Assembly: GCA_015485945.1 (NCBI GenBank)
Contig: WFSM01000027.1
Coordinates: forward strand, 1 to 37,730
Direction: 5' to 3'
Source of the DNA: Candidatus Bipolaricaulota bacterium
GTDB taxonomy: Bacteria; Bipolaricaulota; Bipolaricaulia; UBA7950; UBA9294
Length of the DNA stretch: 37,730 bases
Part shown: positions 14,911 through 23,843 of the stretch, one piece after another
Layout: the number at the start of each line of letters is the position of its first letter
Numbering within the stretch: position 1 is the first letter of the stretch
Notes under the pieces: generated by a model
Databases searched by the model: none
Seen by the model: the letters and a program-made list of their open reading frames with translations, nothing else
What the model was told of the DNA's origin: nothing
Program-made: the position numbers and the translations under genes

Positions 14911-15705
14911 TTACCGCACAATTAGCGTGACAGTGAACGAGTTTTGCGCCGGAACATTCTCCCACGAACGGAGATACGCGAACTTAAGGACCTCCGTGCC
15001 GGCTCTCACCGCCTTGTACCGGAACAGGAACCTCCCCCCGGAGCCGATCGCGGTGCCCGCGGGTTGGTAATCCGGACCGGGAACAGCTTGAAGGATCGAA
15101 TCCGCCAGTGACCCCACTAGTTTCCAACGGTAGCCGGTAGTGGGATTGCCGGGAAGGGTTATTATCACCATCTTGCCGGGCTGGATGGTGATCGCTGTTC
15201 CAGCGTCCGCTTTCGTGACGGCGCGATACACGGCAAGCCCAATCCCGCACACCGATGCGTGTGCGCTCATCCGCCCGTATGTCCCCGATGACGTCGGCGA
15301 TACGATTTTTATCGCAGCGCGAAACTCGCCGATCGAAGTTGCCACAATGACGGTGTAGTCACCGGACGGGACAGGTGTGCCCGCATCGTTCCGCAGGTTC
15401 CACAACCCAATCCACCGCGCGGAGTCCGTCGCAGCGATGTCTGCCGCGTATACCGAGGCTCCGTTGCTGGTGCGCACCGTCAGTCCCTGGATGAGAATCG
15501 GTCCGCACATGCACGGACACGGTGTCGTCCGCGTCAGTTCGAGCGCGATCGCGCTGCCCTGTGGAAACACGAACGTACCTACCGTGGCGCGCACCGGTCC
15601 ATTCGTCGTCGCGGAACTGGAAGCGGTTGCCTGTGCCAACCCTGTTGTGGGAATGAGGATTCCGATCAGTCCAATGAGAAGGATACGCGTGAGTACTGCC
15701 TGCAT
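14911..15705 (-). CDS. Secreted FlgD-Ig-like domain fused to a chagasin-family (MEROPS I42) cysteine-peptidase inhibitor domain
   Basis: Signal peptide ILLIGLIGILIPTTGLAQA. WNLRNDAGTPVPSGDYTVIV resembles the FlgD-Ig motif. The C-terminal domain has LPGNPTTGYRW, GSGG and YLRSWE, corresponding to the three chagasin loops NPTTG / GxGG / RPW. The start was moved from GTG 15714 (inside GAGGTGA) to ATG 15705. Confidence 0.8.
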   Translation of the reverse strand: MQAVLTRILLIGLIGILIPTTGLAQATASSSATTNGPVRATVGTFVFPQGSAIALELTRTTPCPCMCGPILIQGLTVRTSNGASVYAADIAATDSARWIGLWNLRNDAGTPVPSGDYTVIVATSIGEFRAAIKIVSPTSSGTYGRMSAHASVCGIGLAVYRAVTKADAGTAITIQPGKMVIITLPGNPTTGYRWKLVGSLADSILQAVPGPDYQPAGTAIGSGGRFLFRYKAVRAGTEVLKFAYLRSWENVPAQNSFTVTLIVR

Positions 15706-15795
15706 TGCTATCACCTCGATTCAGGTACACGCGGTTGTCAGCGCCGTTTCATCGTCCGTTTTATTTTTCGCGGTGGACCAGTACACTACCCACAA

Positions 15796-17022
15796 ATGGA
15801 CCACGAACGGATCTATCGCGTTTCCGAGCTCAACCAGGAAGCGAAGCGCCTGCTGGAAGAGGAGATCGGGCCGGTGTGGCTGCGTGGGGAGGTGTCCAAC
15901 CTGACACGGGCTGCGTCCGGCCACCTGTATTTCACCCTCAAGGATGAGTCATCGGAGATAAGGGCAGTGCGGTTTCGGGGGCGGGCAGAGCTGATGCCAG
16001 CACTGCCACTTGCCGATGGGATGGAGGTGATTGCGTACGGACGGCTGACAATCTACGCTCCGCGCGGGCGCTACCAATTTGTGGCGTCGATCGTACAGCC
16101 GGCTGGAATGGGTGCGCTTCAGGCCGAGTTTGAGCGGCTGAAGGCGAAACTAAACGCAGAGGGCCTGTTTGCTCCTGATCACAAGCAACCTCTCCCCCGG
16201 TTTCCGCGCCGAATTGGCGTGATCACATCCCCGACCGGGGCGGCGATCCGGGACATCGTATCCGTCCTCTCCCGGCGGTGGCCATTGGTCACGGTGTACC
16301 TGTTTCCGGCCCAAGTGCAGGGGACACAGGCGCCGGAGGAGATCGTTGCTGGAATCGACCGTGCGTGCGCGTTCAGCCAGACGGTGGAGCCGCTCGATGT
16401 TCTCATCATCGGCCGCGGTGGGGGATCGTTGGAGGATTTGGCGTCGTTTAACGACGAACGGGTGGCGCGCGCGATCTTTGCGTGTGAGATTCCCGTGATT
16501 TCCGCGGTCGGGCACGAGATTGATTTTACGATTGCTGACTTTGTCGCCGACCGCCGTGCCCCCACTCCATCGGCTGCCGCCGAGATCGCTGTTCCGGCCA
16601 AGGATGACGTTGTTTCCGCCGTCACCACCGCTGCCATTCGGGCGTTACGGGCGGTGCGCCGGCACGTTGACCGTCGTGACGCCGCACTCGCGGTAACGCT
16701 CAAGGGGTACATATTCCGTATCCCGGTCCGCGAGTTGGAAACACGGTTTCAGCAGCTTGATCTGCGGATGAACGCGCTCACGCGGGGGATTCGCGATGCG
16801 TATCTCACCCGAGTGAGAAATCGGGATCGACTTGCGGACCGGTTACACCTCGTCGATCCGCGTCTGCCCCTTAAGCGTGGATATTCCGTGACCCGATTGG
16901 CAGGGGGAAAGACGCCACTGCGAGACGCGGCGGCGGTAGAGGTAAACGCGGTGATTGAGACGGTGCTCGCCCGGGGAACGCTCGTTTCTACGGTGAAGGA
17001 GGTGTCACATGACGATCGATGA
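15796..17022 (+). CDS. xseA: Exodeoxyribonuclease VII large subunit
   Basis: VSELNQEAKRLLEEEIGPVWLRGEVSNLTRAASGHLYFTLKD (OB-fold N-terminus), RIGVITSPTGAAIRD and ISAVGHEIDFTIADFVAD. Confidence 0.9.
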   Translation: MDHERIYRVSELNQEAKRLLEEEIGPVWLRGEVSNLTRAASGHLYFTLKDESSEIRAVRFRGRAELMPALPLADGMEVIAYGRLTIYAPRGRYQFVASIVQPAGMGALQAEFERLKAKLNAEGLFAPDHKQPLPRFPRRIGVITSPTGAAIRDIVSVLSRRWPLVTVYLFPAQVQGTQAPEEIVAGIDRACAFSQTVEPLDVLIIGRGGGSLEDLASFNDERVARAIFACEIPVISAVGHEIDFTIADFVADRRAPTPSAAAEIAVPAKDDVVSAVTTAAIRALRAVRRHVDRRDAALAVTLKGYIFRIPVRELETRFQQLDLRMNALTRGIRDAYLTRVRNRDRLADRLHLVDPRLPLKRGYSVTRLAGGKTPLRDAAAVEVNAVIETVLARGTLVSTVKEVSHDDR

Positions 17023-17224
17023 ACAACTGACCAAGCTGGAGGAGATCACGAAGCGGTTGGAGGGGGAGATCCCGCTTGAGGAGGCGCTCGACCTGTTCGA
17101 ACAGGGTATCACCCTCGCCGCTGCCGTCAAGGAACAACTCGACGACGCGAAGATAAAGGTGATGAAGGTGGCGGAGAAGGCAAAGGGGACGTTTTCCCTC
17201 GCCGATTTTGACCTCACGCCGTGA
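17009..17224 (+). CDS. xseB: Exodeoxyribonuclease VII small subunit
   Basis: 71 aa, LEEITKRLEGEIPLEEALDLFEQGITL. It overlaps the xseA end by 14 nt. Confidence 0.9.
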   Translation: MTIDEQLTKLEEITKRLEGEIPLEEALDLFEQGITLAAAVKEQLDDAKIKVMKVAEKAKGTFSLADFDLTP

Positions 17225-17235
17225 GCCCCTATAAT
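17208..17235 (+). promoter_or_regulatory. Near-consensus sigma70 promoter (TTGACC-16 nt-TATAAT) for the tandem acyl-CoA synthetase genes
   Basis: TTGACC at 17208-17213 and TATAAT at 17230-17235, inside or just after the xseB 3' end and about 40 nt upstream of GTG 17276. Confidence 0.5.
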
Positions 17236-17275
17236 GGACAAATTGTGAATTGCGGCACGAGCAAGGAGAGATTTA

Positions 17276-18883
17276 GTGGCTTATTTAACCATTCCGGCGT
17301 ACTTTGCCCGTTCGGTTAGCAAGTTTGCCGACCGGGCTGCTATCGGTAATACACGCCCTCACCCGGGCGAGCCTGACGCGATCACATTTCGTGACCTCGA
17401 TCAACTGTCCGCCCGCGTTGCCTGTGGTCTCGTCGACCTTGGCGTGCAACAAGGAGATCGAGTGGCGATTATGTCCCGTCCCCGTATTCGATTTGCCGCC
17501 GCTCTCCTCGGGATTCTGCGCATCGGGGCATGGATGGTCCCGCTCGACCCCACTCTGGCCAAGCCGGAAGCAGAGACTCTTATCGCGGAGTCGGGAGCGA
17601 AGGTCGTGTTCGCCCCGGGGAAGTTGTTCGACCGTCTGCCGACGGAGGGATTGATCCGCATCGATTTTGACGACGAGACTGGTATGCGGTTTTCTTCCTT
17701 TCTTCGCGCTGGGGATCTACCAACGCCGGAGTTGACCGATGCCGATATCGCGGTACTGGCGTATACATCTGGGACGACCGGCAACTCCAAGGGAGTGTTG
17801 TTGAGCCACGGCAACCTCGTCGCCGACATCGAGGCGTGCATCACCGTGATGCCGATCGACGAAAATGATGTGTTTCTCACTATCGCTCCCTGGCACCACA
17901 TTCTCGGACTGACTACCTCGCTCCTCCTCCCGCTGTATACCGGTGCCCTTGCATTGTACACTGACGACTATCGCGCGATTGCTAAGCTGCTGGAAAAGTA
18001 CGGCGTGACCGTGTTTATCGGCGTCCCCAAGCTGTACCACGCGATGTACGAGAAGCTGATGAATCAGGTACGGGGAAATCTGATGGGACGAATCATGCTC
18101 CGCCTCGCTCCACGGTTGGTGGGCAACAAGGTGAAGCAGGCGCTTACCGGGGGGAAACTGCGGTTCTTCGTGTCCGGGTCGGCTCCGCTTGATCCCAACG
18201 TGAGCCACGGATTCCGGCGGCTGGGCATCGGCCTTCTCGAAGGGTATGGACTTACCGAAACTTCCCCGGTGGTGTCATTCTGCGACCCGTTTTCGCCCAA
18301 GGGAGGCTCGGTTGGTCATCCTCTACCCGGGATCGAGGGCAAGCTGATCACCACCCGTGCCGACGGTGTGGGAGAGCTGCTCGTGCGCGGTCCGACGGTG
18401 ATGCAGGGCTACTACAACAACGAAGCAGCAACACGTGAGGTGCTCGATGCCGATGGCTGGTTTCACACCGGCGACTTGGCGCTGATCGATCCCGACGGCG
18501 AGATATTTCTTAAGGGGCGAGCGAAGAACGTGATCGTGCTGGAAAGTGGGAAAAACGTGTATCCTGAGGAGATCGAGTGGGAGTTCTCCCGCATTCCGTA
18601 CATCGAGGAGGTGCTCGTACGCGGAGAGGAGGAAGAGGGGCACGAGGTGGTGAAGGCGATCGTGTACCCGAACATGGAACGGTTGCGCGCCGTCGGTCAC
18701 GCGGACGACGCACATGATGCGATCTGGCAGGAGATCAAGCGGCGCCAGCAGCGTCTTGCTCCGCACAAGCGCATCCGGCGCAAGAGCGACGTCGTCCTCG
18801 TCGATGCCCCGTTCCCCAAGACGAGCACCATGGACATCAAACGACATCTGTACCGAGGCGGAAATGGCATACCCAACTCTTAA
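17276..18883 (+). CDS. Long-chain acyl-CoA synthetase (AMP-forming, FAA1/COG1022 type), copy 1
   Basis: GTG start after AAGGAG. AMP-binding motif LAYTSGTTGNSKGVLLSHGNL, followed by GYGLTETSP, WFHTGDL and GRAKNVIVLESGKNVYPEEIEWE. Confidence 0.85.
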   Translation: MAYLTIPAYFARSVSKFADRAAIGNTRPHPGEPDAITFRDLDQLSARVACGLVDLGVQQGDRVAIMSRPRIRFAAALLGILRIGAWMVPLDPTLAKPEAETLIAESGAKVVFAPGKLFDRLPTEGLIRIDFDDETGMRFSSFLRAGDLPTPELTDADIAVLAYTSGTTGNSKGVLLSHGNLVADIEACITVMPIDENDVFLTIAPWHHILGLTTSLLLPLYTGALALYTDDYRAIAKLLEKYGVTVFIGVPKLYHAMYEKLMNQVRGNLMGRIMLRLAPRLVGNKVKQALTGGKLRFFVSGSAPLDPNVSHGFRRLGIGLLEGYGLTETSPVVSFCDPFSPKGGSVGHPLPGIEGKLITTRADGVGELLVRGPTVMQGYYNNEAATREVLDADGWFHTGDLALIDPDGEIFLKGRAKNVIVLESGKNVYPEEIEWEFSRIPYIEEVLVRGEEEEGHEVVKAIVYPNMERLRAVGHADDAHDAIWQEIKRRQQRLAPHKRIRRKSDVVLVDAPFPKTSTMDIKRHLYRGGNGIPNS

Positions 18884-20501
18884 CGAACTGTTCGATACCA
18901 CGGTGCGGCAGCACTCCGATCGGATCGCATTGCGCATGCCGATCCCCAAGGAACGGAAGCGCGGCGGTGGAATCCGGTTGGTGCTGAACGAAATCTCCTA
19001 CGACCGGTTGGGGGAGATGGTAGGGCGGTTCGCGGCCGCGCTCCGCGAGCTGGGAGTGAACAAGGGTGATAAGGTAGCACTGATCTCCAAGCCACGGGCG
19101 GCGTGGGTGACTGCATTCTTCGCGATCATCCGGCGAGGAGCAGCGGTTGTTCCACTCGATCCCGATCTGCAAAAGGCGGAGATTGAGCGGATCCTCGTCG
19201 AAGCCGAGGTAAAAGGAGCGGTCATTTCCGGCCTGAAGGAAGAAGCAGTCTCTGCGATTAAAAAAGACGATCTGCCCGACATGTTTATTGTGTCGATGGA
19301 TCGCCCGGCAGGAGAGGGTATCCTGTTTCTCGACGCCCTTCTCCTCGGGAGAAAGCCGATCGCGGCGGAAAATGTGTCGCCGGATGACATGACGATCCTG
19401 ATGTACACATCGGGAACGACCGGAAACGCTAAGGGGGCAATGCTCCTCCATCGCAATATTTCCTCCAACGCCCTCACCGCACTCAAGATCGTTGACCTAT
19501 CCGCAGCCGATAACTTTCTCACGATCGTGCCGTGGTATCACATCTACGGGCTCACGATCACCCTGATCACCCCACTGATTGCCGGTGCGACGACGACCTA
19601 CGCCCCGGTCGATCGTAATCTCAGTCAGGTGATGAAACGGGCACATCCGACGATCATCCTTGGAGTGCCGAAGCTGTATCACGTCCTGTACGCGCGTATC
19701 ATGGAATCGATTGAGAAGAGCTGGATCAAGCGGATGATCTATCACGCGTCGCCGACGCTGATGGGAAAACTGGTGAAACGGACGCTGTTTGGGAAGGGAT
19801 TTAGGTTCTTTACCTCCGGAGGAGCGCCCCTCAGTCCGGAAGTGGCGCAGGGATTTAGGCGAATGGGCATTGGGATCATGGAGGGGTACGGCCTTACCGA
19901 GACAGCACCGGTGCTCACCATGAGTCACAAATTCGCGACCGCACCGGGGATGGTTCCGTTCCCTGAAGTGGAGGTACGAATAGACAATCCGGATGATGCC
20001 GGGGTTGGCGAAATCGTCGCTCACGGACCAAACATCATGGCAGGCTACTATAAAAATCCAGCGGCAACTGCCGAGGTGATCGATCCCGACGGTTGGTTTC
20101 ACACCGGTGATCTCGGCCGCATCGAGGACGATCGCATCATCATCTCCGGCCGGGCGAAGAACGTAATCGTGCTCGAGACGGGGAAGAACGTGTACCCGGA
20201 AGAGATCGAGTGGGAACTTGCTACCATTCCCGAGATTGAGGAAATCATGGTGTACGAGGACGTGCGTCAGGGAGCGCCGGCGGTGGCAGCCAAGGTTTAT
20301 CCGAATTGGACCGCGCTTAAACAGCAGGAAATCATGGATCCGGACAAGGCCATCGATCTAATCTGGGATCGGATTCGGGAGAAGAACGAGAATCTCGCCG
20401 TGTTTAAACGGATTAAGTACAAGGATCTCGTCACGTTGGTTGACGAACCGTTTGAAAAGAGCGTCAAGCTTGATATCAAGCGCTACAAATACAAGTCTTA
20501 G
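18864..20501 (+). CDS. Long-chain acyl-CoA synthetase (AMP-forming, FAA1/COG1022 type), copy 2
   Basis: The start is placed at ATG 18864 (MAYPTLNELFDTTVRQHSDRIALR) after GAGG, not at the track start 18714. Motifs are LMYTSGTTGNAKGAMLLHRNI, GYGLTETAP, WFHTGDL and GRAKNVIVLETGKNVYPEEIEWE. It overlaps copy 1 by 20 nt. Confidence 0.85.
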   Translation: MAYPTLNELFDTTVRQHSDRIALRMPIPKERKRGGGIRLVLNEISYDRLGEMVGRFAAALRELGVNKGDKVALISKPRAAWVTAFFAIIRRGAAVVPLDPDLQKAEIERILVEAEVKGAVISGLKEEAVSAIKKDDLPDMFIVSMDRPAGEGILFLDALLLGRKPIAAENVSPDDMTILMYTSGTTGNAKGAMLLHRNISSNALTALKIVDLSAADNFLTIVPWYHIYGLTITLITPLIAGATTTYAPVDRNLSQVMKRAHPTIILGVPKLYHVLYARIMESIEKSWIKRMIYHASPTLMGKLVKRTLFGKGFRFFTSGGAPLSPEVAQGFRRMGIGIMEGYGLTETAPVLTMSHKFATAPGMVPFPEVEVRIDNPDDAGVGEIVAHGPNIMAGYYKNPAATAEVIDPDGWFHTGDLGRIEDDRIIISGRAKNVIVLETGKNVYPEEIEWELATIPEIEEIMVYEDVRQGAPAVAAKVYPNWTALKQQEIMDPDKAIDLIWDRIREKNENLAVFKRIKYKDLVTLVDEPFEKSVKLDIKRYKYKS

Positions 20502-20770
20502 CCGCGGATGAAGAACCCGGTTTCGCCGCTTGGGTCGGACCACTCGACTACAAGATCGTTCACCCGTGCTCCCGGTGGCCCAACACGAAGGAATTGGAGC
20601 AGTTCTTGCAGCGTGCTTTCCTCACCCTCGGCAACGAATTCCACTCGTCCGTCGGGGAGGTTGCGCACCCATCCCGACAACCCCAATTCCCGGGCGCGGT
20701 CGCGGGTGGAGGCGCGAAAGAATACCCCTTGCACTCGCCCGGAGACCGTTCCGTAGATTCGTTTTCTCAT
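20498..20770 (-). CDS. acyP: Acylphosphatase
   Basis: 90 aa, VSGRVQGVFFRASTRDRARELGLSGWVRNLPDGRVE. Confidence 0.9.
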   Translation of the reverse strand: MRKRIYGTVSGRVQGVFFRASTRDRARELGLSGWVRNLPDGRVEFVAEGEESTLQELLQFLRVGPPGARVNDLVVEWSDPSGETGFFIRG

Positions 20771-20788
20771 AATTTCACCTCTTTCCTC

Positions 20789-20817
20789 TTGTCGGGCGTT
20801 GCTTATTGTAGTATAGT
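20789..20817 (+). promoter_or_regulatory. Putative promoter (TTGTCG-17 nt-TATAGT) of the small RHH gene, with overlapping short repeats
   Basis: TTGTCG at 20789-20794 and TATAGT at 20812-20817. A tandem TAGTA TAGTA (20809-20818) and a 6-bp inverted repeat CTTATT/AATAAG (20802-20807 / 20819-20824) bracket the -10 box. Confidence 0.4.
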
Positions 20818-20844
20818 AAATAAGTGTGAAAGGAGGTGAACAAT

Positions 20845-21018
20845 ATGGTCAACAGGGTAAATACCTTATCGATTTACATTCCTAAAAGCAAAATGGATAA
20901 GAACCCAGTTGGACGCCTGACTAAACTTGCCAAGCGGCGGGAGCGCTCGATCAATTACCTCGTGGTCGATGCCATTATCCAGTACCTCGACCGCGAGGAG
21001 CGTAAAGACAAGAAATAG
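20845..21018 (+). CDS. Small ribbon-helix-helix (CopG/Arc-type) DNA-binding protein, 57 aa
   Basis: ATG 20845 lies 8 nt after AGGAGG (20831-20836). The pattern is a beta strand (LSIYIPKS) followed by two helices (RLTKLAKRRERSINYLVVDAIIQYLDRE). The local DNA is AT-rich. Confidence 0.65.
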   Translation: MVNRVNTLSIYIPKSKMDKNPVGRLTKLAKRRERSINYLVVDAIIQYLDREERKDKK

Positions 21019-21020
21019 AG

Positions 21021-21773
21021 TTACGTACCACGGTGCTGGTATAAAACGATGTAGTTGAGGAAAAACGCGAGTAGGATGCCGACAAACAGCCCAAGCACGG
21101 CGGCCACGGCGATATTGAGATGGCGGTGCGGGCCGACACGGGTGATGGTCGGTTCTCCGGTCGTGTTCAGGGTGAACAGGTCGGTCGGATGCGCGGTGGT
21201 GAGGGAATCAATTTGAACCTTCACTTGTGCGATTTGTAGGGCGAGATCGGCGATACGCTCGGCGATGGCAGCGGACAGATCGGGAGAGGACGTGGTTGTC
21301 ATCTGTCCGCGTAAGATTGCGCTTTCGGCAGAGAGTTGCGCCTGGCTGCGCTTGGCGAGGGCGAGCGCCTGCGCCATATCGCGCCGGACGATGTTACTTA
21401 TTCCTGCGGTAAGCAGCGGTGACACTTTGGTGAGCATTGTGCGTAGCACTGCGGGGGTAACTGCGCCCGTAATGGTGGCGGCCACCTGATTGTCCAATTT
21501 GTGCACGGTAAGCGTTACGTTGGATCCGAGGGCAGCGGGATCAATCGCAGTGGCAGCAGTAACGAGGGCTGTAGAGTCGATACTATATATTCCCACCGTG
21601 GATCCGAGCCCGTTGAGTTGGTACGTGACCGTGCCCGCGTACCGATCGGGGTGGGTATAGCTGACCGCCGCAGCGACAGCGACGGCAACGACGAAACATG
21701 CGACGATCACCCACTTCCAGTTCCATATCACCCGCAGATAATCCATTAAATCAACCTCGTATTCGTCGGTCAT
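21021..21773 (-). CDS. Wzz/YveK-like polysaccharide co-polymerase (chain-length determinant) family membrane protein
   Basis: The N-terminus DLMDYLRVIWNWKWVIVACFVVAVAVAAAV carries the Wzz motif plus TM1. A coiled-coil-like periplasmic region follows, then the C-terminal TM IAVAAVLGLFVGILLAFFLNY. The ATG overlaps the rarA TGA. Confidence 0.7.
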   Translation of the reverse strand: MTDEYEVDLMDYLRVIWNWKWVIVACFVVAVAVAAAVSYTHPDRYAGTVTYQLNGLGSTVGIYSIDSTALVTAATAIDPAALGSNVTLTVHKLDNQVAATITGAVTPAVLRTMLTKVSPLLTAGISNIVRRDMAQALALAKRSQAQLSAESAILRGQMTTTSSPDLSAAIAERIADLALQIAQVKVQIDSLTTAHPTDLFTLNTTGEPTITRVGPHRHLNIAVAAVLGLFVGILLAFFLNYIVLYQHRGT

Positions 21774-23113
21774 CGTTCCCCCTTCCTTAATTTTTTGAAC
21801 CGTTCAAGGCGCGTGGCGATATCCTGTTCGTCACCGCGGTCGGTCGGCTGATAGTAGCGGCGACCGCGCAGTGCCGCGGGCAGACACTCCATCGGGGCCA
21901 CTCCATCCGGAAAATCATGCGCGTATTTGTATCCATTTCCGTAGCCGATGTCACGCATTGTCCGCGTGGGTGCGTTGCACAGGTGAAGTGGCACCGGCTC
22001 GTTGGGGCGAGCGACCACGTCCGCGTGCGCCGCGTTCAAGCCGGTGTAGAGTGCGTTGCTCTTCGGGGCACACGCCAGGTACACCGCTGCGTGGGCGAGG
22101 GCGAGGTCGCACTCCGGTAGGCCGACACGATCAACCGCCGCTGCTGCCGCCACCGCGATCGCGAGCCCGTCCGGGGCGGCGAGCCCCACATCTTCTGACG
22201 CGATTCTGATCAGCCGGCGCGCAATGTAGCGAGGATCTTCGCCACCGGCGAGCATGCGCGCCAGCCAGTACAGCGCAGCATCGGGATCGGAGTTGCGGAT
22301 TGACTTGTGAAACGCGGAGATCAGGTTGTAGTGCTCTTCTCCGGCGCGGTCGTAGCGTACTGCCTTATGCTGCAGTGCCCGCTCGACCACCGCAACGTCG
22401 ATCTCCAATTGCGAGGTGATTGCTGCGCTCGTTTCCAGCGCGGTCAGGGCGCGACGGGCATCCCCGTCAGCGAACGCGATCAGCATCTCCTCCGCCTCCG
22501 GTGTGAGCCGATACTGTCCTCCCACGCCGCGGGGGTCGGATAACGCCCGGTGGATGACCCGGCGTAAATCGGCCGTGGTAAGGGGATGGAACAGAAACAG
22601 CTGGCACCGAGACAGGAGGGCGGGGACGAGGTAGAACGACGGATTCTCCGTTGTCGCACCGATAAACAGAACGCTGCCCTCTTCAAGGTAAGAGAGGAGC
22701 ACGTCCTGCTGGGCGCGATTGAAGCGGTGCAACTCGTCGAGAAACAGTAAGTCTCGCTTCCCTTCAAGATGAAATCGCTCCTGCGACCGCTCGAGCACCG
22801 CTCGTACCTCACGCACTCCGGTAAGGGCAGCCGACAGGTGGATGAATCGGGCACTGGAGCGAGCGGAGATTATCCTCCCCACCGTCGTTTTCCCTGTTCC
22901 CGGCGGCCCCCAGAACAGGAGGGCACGATAACTTCCACGCTCGATCAGGGCGCGCAGTGCGCCGGTCGGCCCGAGAATCTCTTCTTGGCCGATTACCTCA
23001 GCCAAGTCGCGTGGACGCATCCGCTCGGCGAGCGGAGCCGAATCGCCGCGGGAAAACAGGGTTTCTTCCGGCTCTCGGTTACTCATGATGCTCAATCTTA
23101 GAGGAACTGGCAT
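21770..23113 (-). CDS. rarA: Replication-associated recombination protein A (MgsA/RarA AAA+ ATPase)
   Basis: Walker A LFWGPPGTGKTT, Walker B LFLDELHRFN, and the MgsA C-terminal region YDRAGEEHYNLISAFHKSIRNSDPDAALYWLARM. The start is uncertain (ATG 23113 or 23086). Confidence 0.9.
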   Translation of the reverse strand: MPVPLRLSIMSNREPEETLFSRGDSAPLAERMRPRDLAEVIGQEEILGPTGALRALIERGSYRALLFWGPPGTGKTTVGRIISARSSARFIHLSAALTGVREVRAVLERSQERFHLEGKRDLLFLDELHRFNRAQQDVLLSYLEEGSVLFIGATTENPSFYLVPALLSRCQLFLFHPLTTADLRRVIHRALSDPRGVGGQYRLTPEAEEMLIAFADGDARRALTALETSAAITSQLEIDVAVVERALQHKAVRYDRAGEEHYNLISAFHKSIRNSDPDAALYWLARMLAGGEDPRYIARRLIRIASEDVGLAAPDGLAIAVAAAAAVDRVGLPECDLALAHAAVYLACAPKSNALYTGLNAAHADVVARPNEPVPLHLCNAPTRTMRDIGYGNGYKYAHDFPDGVAPMECLPAALRGRRYYQPTDRGDEQDIATRLERFKKLRKGER

Positions 23114-23129
23114 CCGGTGACAACGAAAA

Positions 23130-23158
23130 TTGACTTTCCCCCTCCGTCACGATAGAAT
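23130..23158 (+). promoter_or_regulatory. Near-consensus sigma70 promoter (TTGACT-17 nt-TAGAAT) for the GT2-rpiB-CaCA-rho gene string
   Basis: TTGACT at 23130-23135 and TAGAAT at 23153-23158, 55 nt upstream of ATG 23214. Confidence 0.5.
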
Positions 23159-23213
23159 AATCATAACTGAGTGGTCCCTGTCAGCTATCAAGCTGCCTTA
23201 ATATTCTAAACAG

Positions 23214-23843
23214 ATGAAGGTTTCCGCGGTGGTACCTGCCTATAATGAAGCGGCCCGCATTGGCGCTGTCCTCCGTCCCCTCCTCGACTGCTCCCTCGTC
23301 GATGAGGTGATCGTAGTTGATGACGGTTCGGATGACGGGACCGGTGATGTCGCGCGTAAGTTTGGGGTACAGGTGATTACCATGCCCACAAACCAGGGAA
23401 AGGCGGCAGCTCTCAATGCCGGGGTAGCCGCGGCGCGCAATGATATTCTTTTGTTTCTCGACGCCGATTTGGTCGGTCTGCAACCCGAGCATATCGAACG
23501 GTTGATCACCGCGTACAATGATGCGGATATGGTGGTGGGGGTATTCGCAGAAGGGCGGGTAAACACTGATCTCGCGCAGAAAATCAACCCGTTTGCCTCG
23601 GGACAGCGCGTCATCTCCAAGGAGCTGTGGGCCCGGGCCAAGGAAAAAGTGGGGGAGATGAACTACGGAATCGAGATCGCCTTGTCCAAGCTTGCGGTAA
23701 AAGACGGGTGGAAAACGGAAAAAGTTAAACTGGGCGGAGTAACGCACGTGCTAAAAGAGGAAAAACGTGGCTTTTCTGAGGGGATTAAGCAACGGTTCAA
23801 GATGTATGGAGATATGCTAAAATGGCTGATAAAAAAGATCTGA
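23214..23843 (+). CDS. Glycosyltransferase family 2 (small, 209 aa)
   Basis: [18 protein letters not shown]...[12 protein letters not shown]...LFLDADL (DxD), typical of the GT-A fold of GT2. Confidence 0.8.
   Translation: MKVSAVVPAYNEAARIGAVLRPLLDCSLVDEVIVVDDGSDDGTGDVARKFGVQVITMPTNQGKAAALNAGVAAARNDILLFLDADLVGLQPEHIERLITAYNDADMVVGVFAEGRVNTDLAQKINPFASGQRVISKELWARAKEKVGEMNYGIEIALSKLAVKDGWKTEKVKLGGVTHVLKEEKRGFSEGIKQRFKMYGDMLKWLIKKI

Noticed and set aside
18714-18863. Upstream extension of the second acyl-CoA synthetase ORF (track start 18714).
   Set aside because: The extension overlaps the C-terminus of copy 1 in another frame and translates to Ser/Arg-rich sequence. Homology to AMP-binding enzymes begins at MAYPTLNELF (ATG 18864), which also has a GAGG SD.
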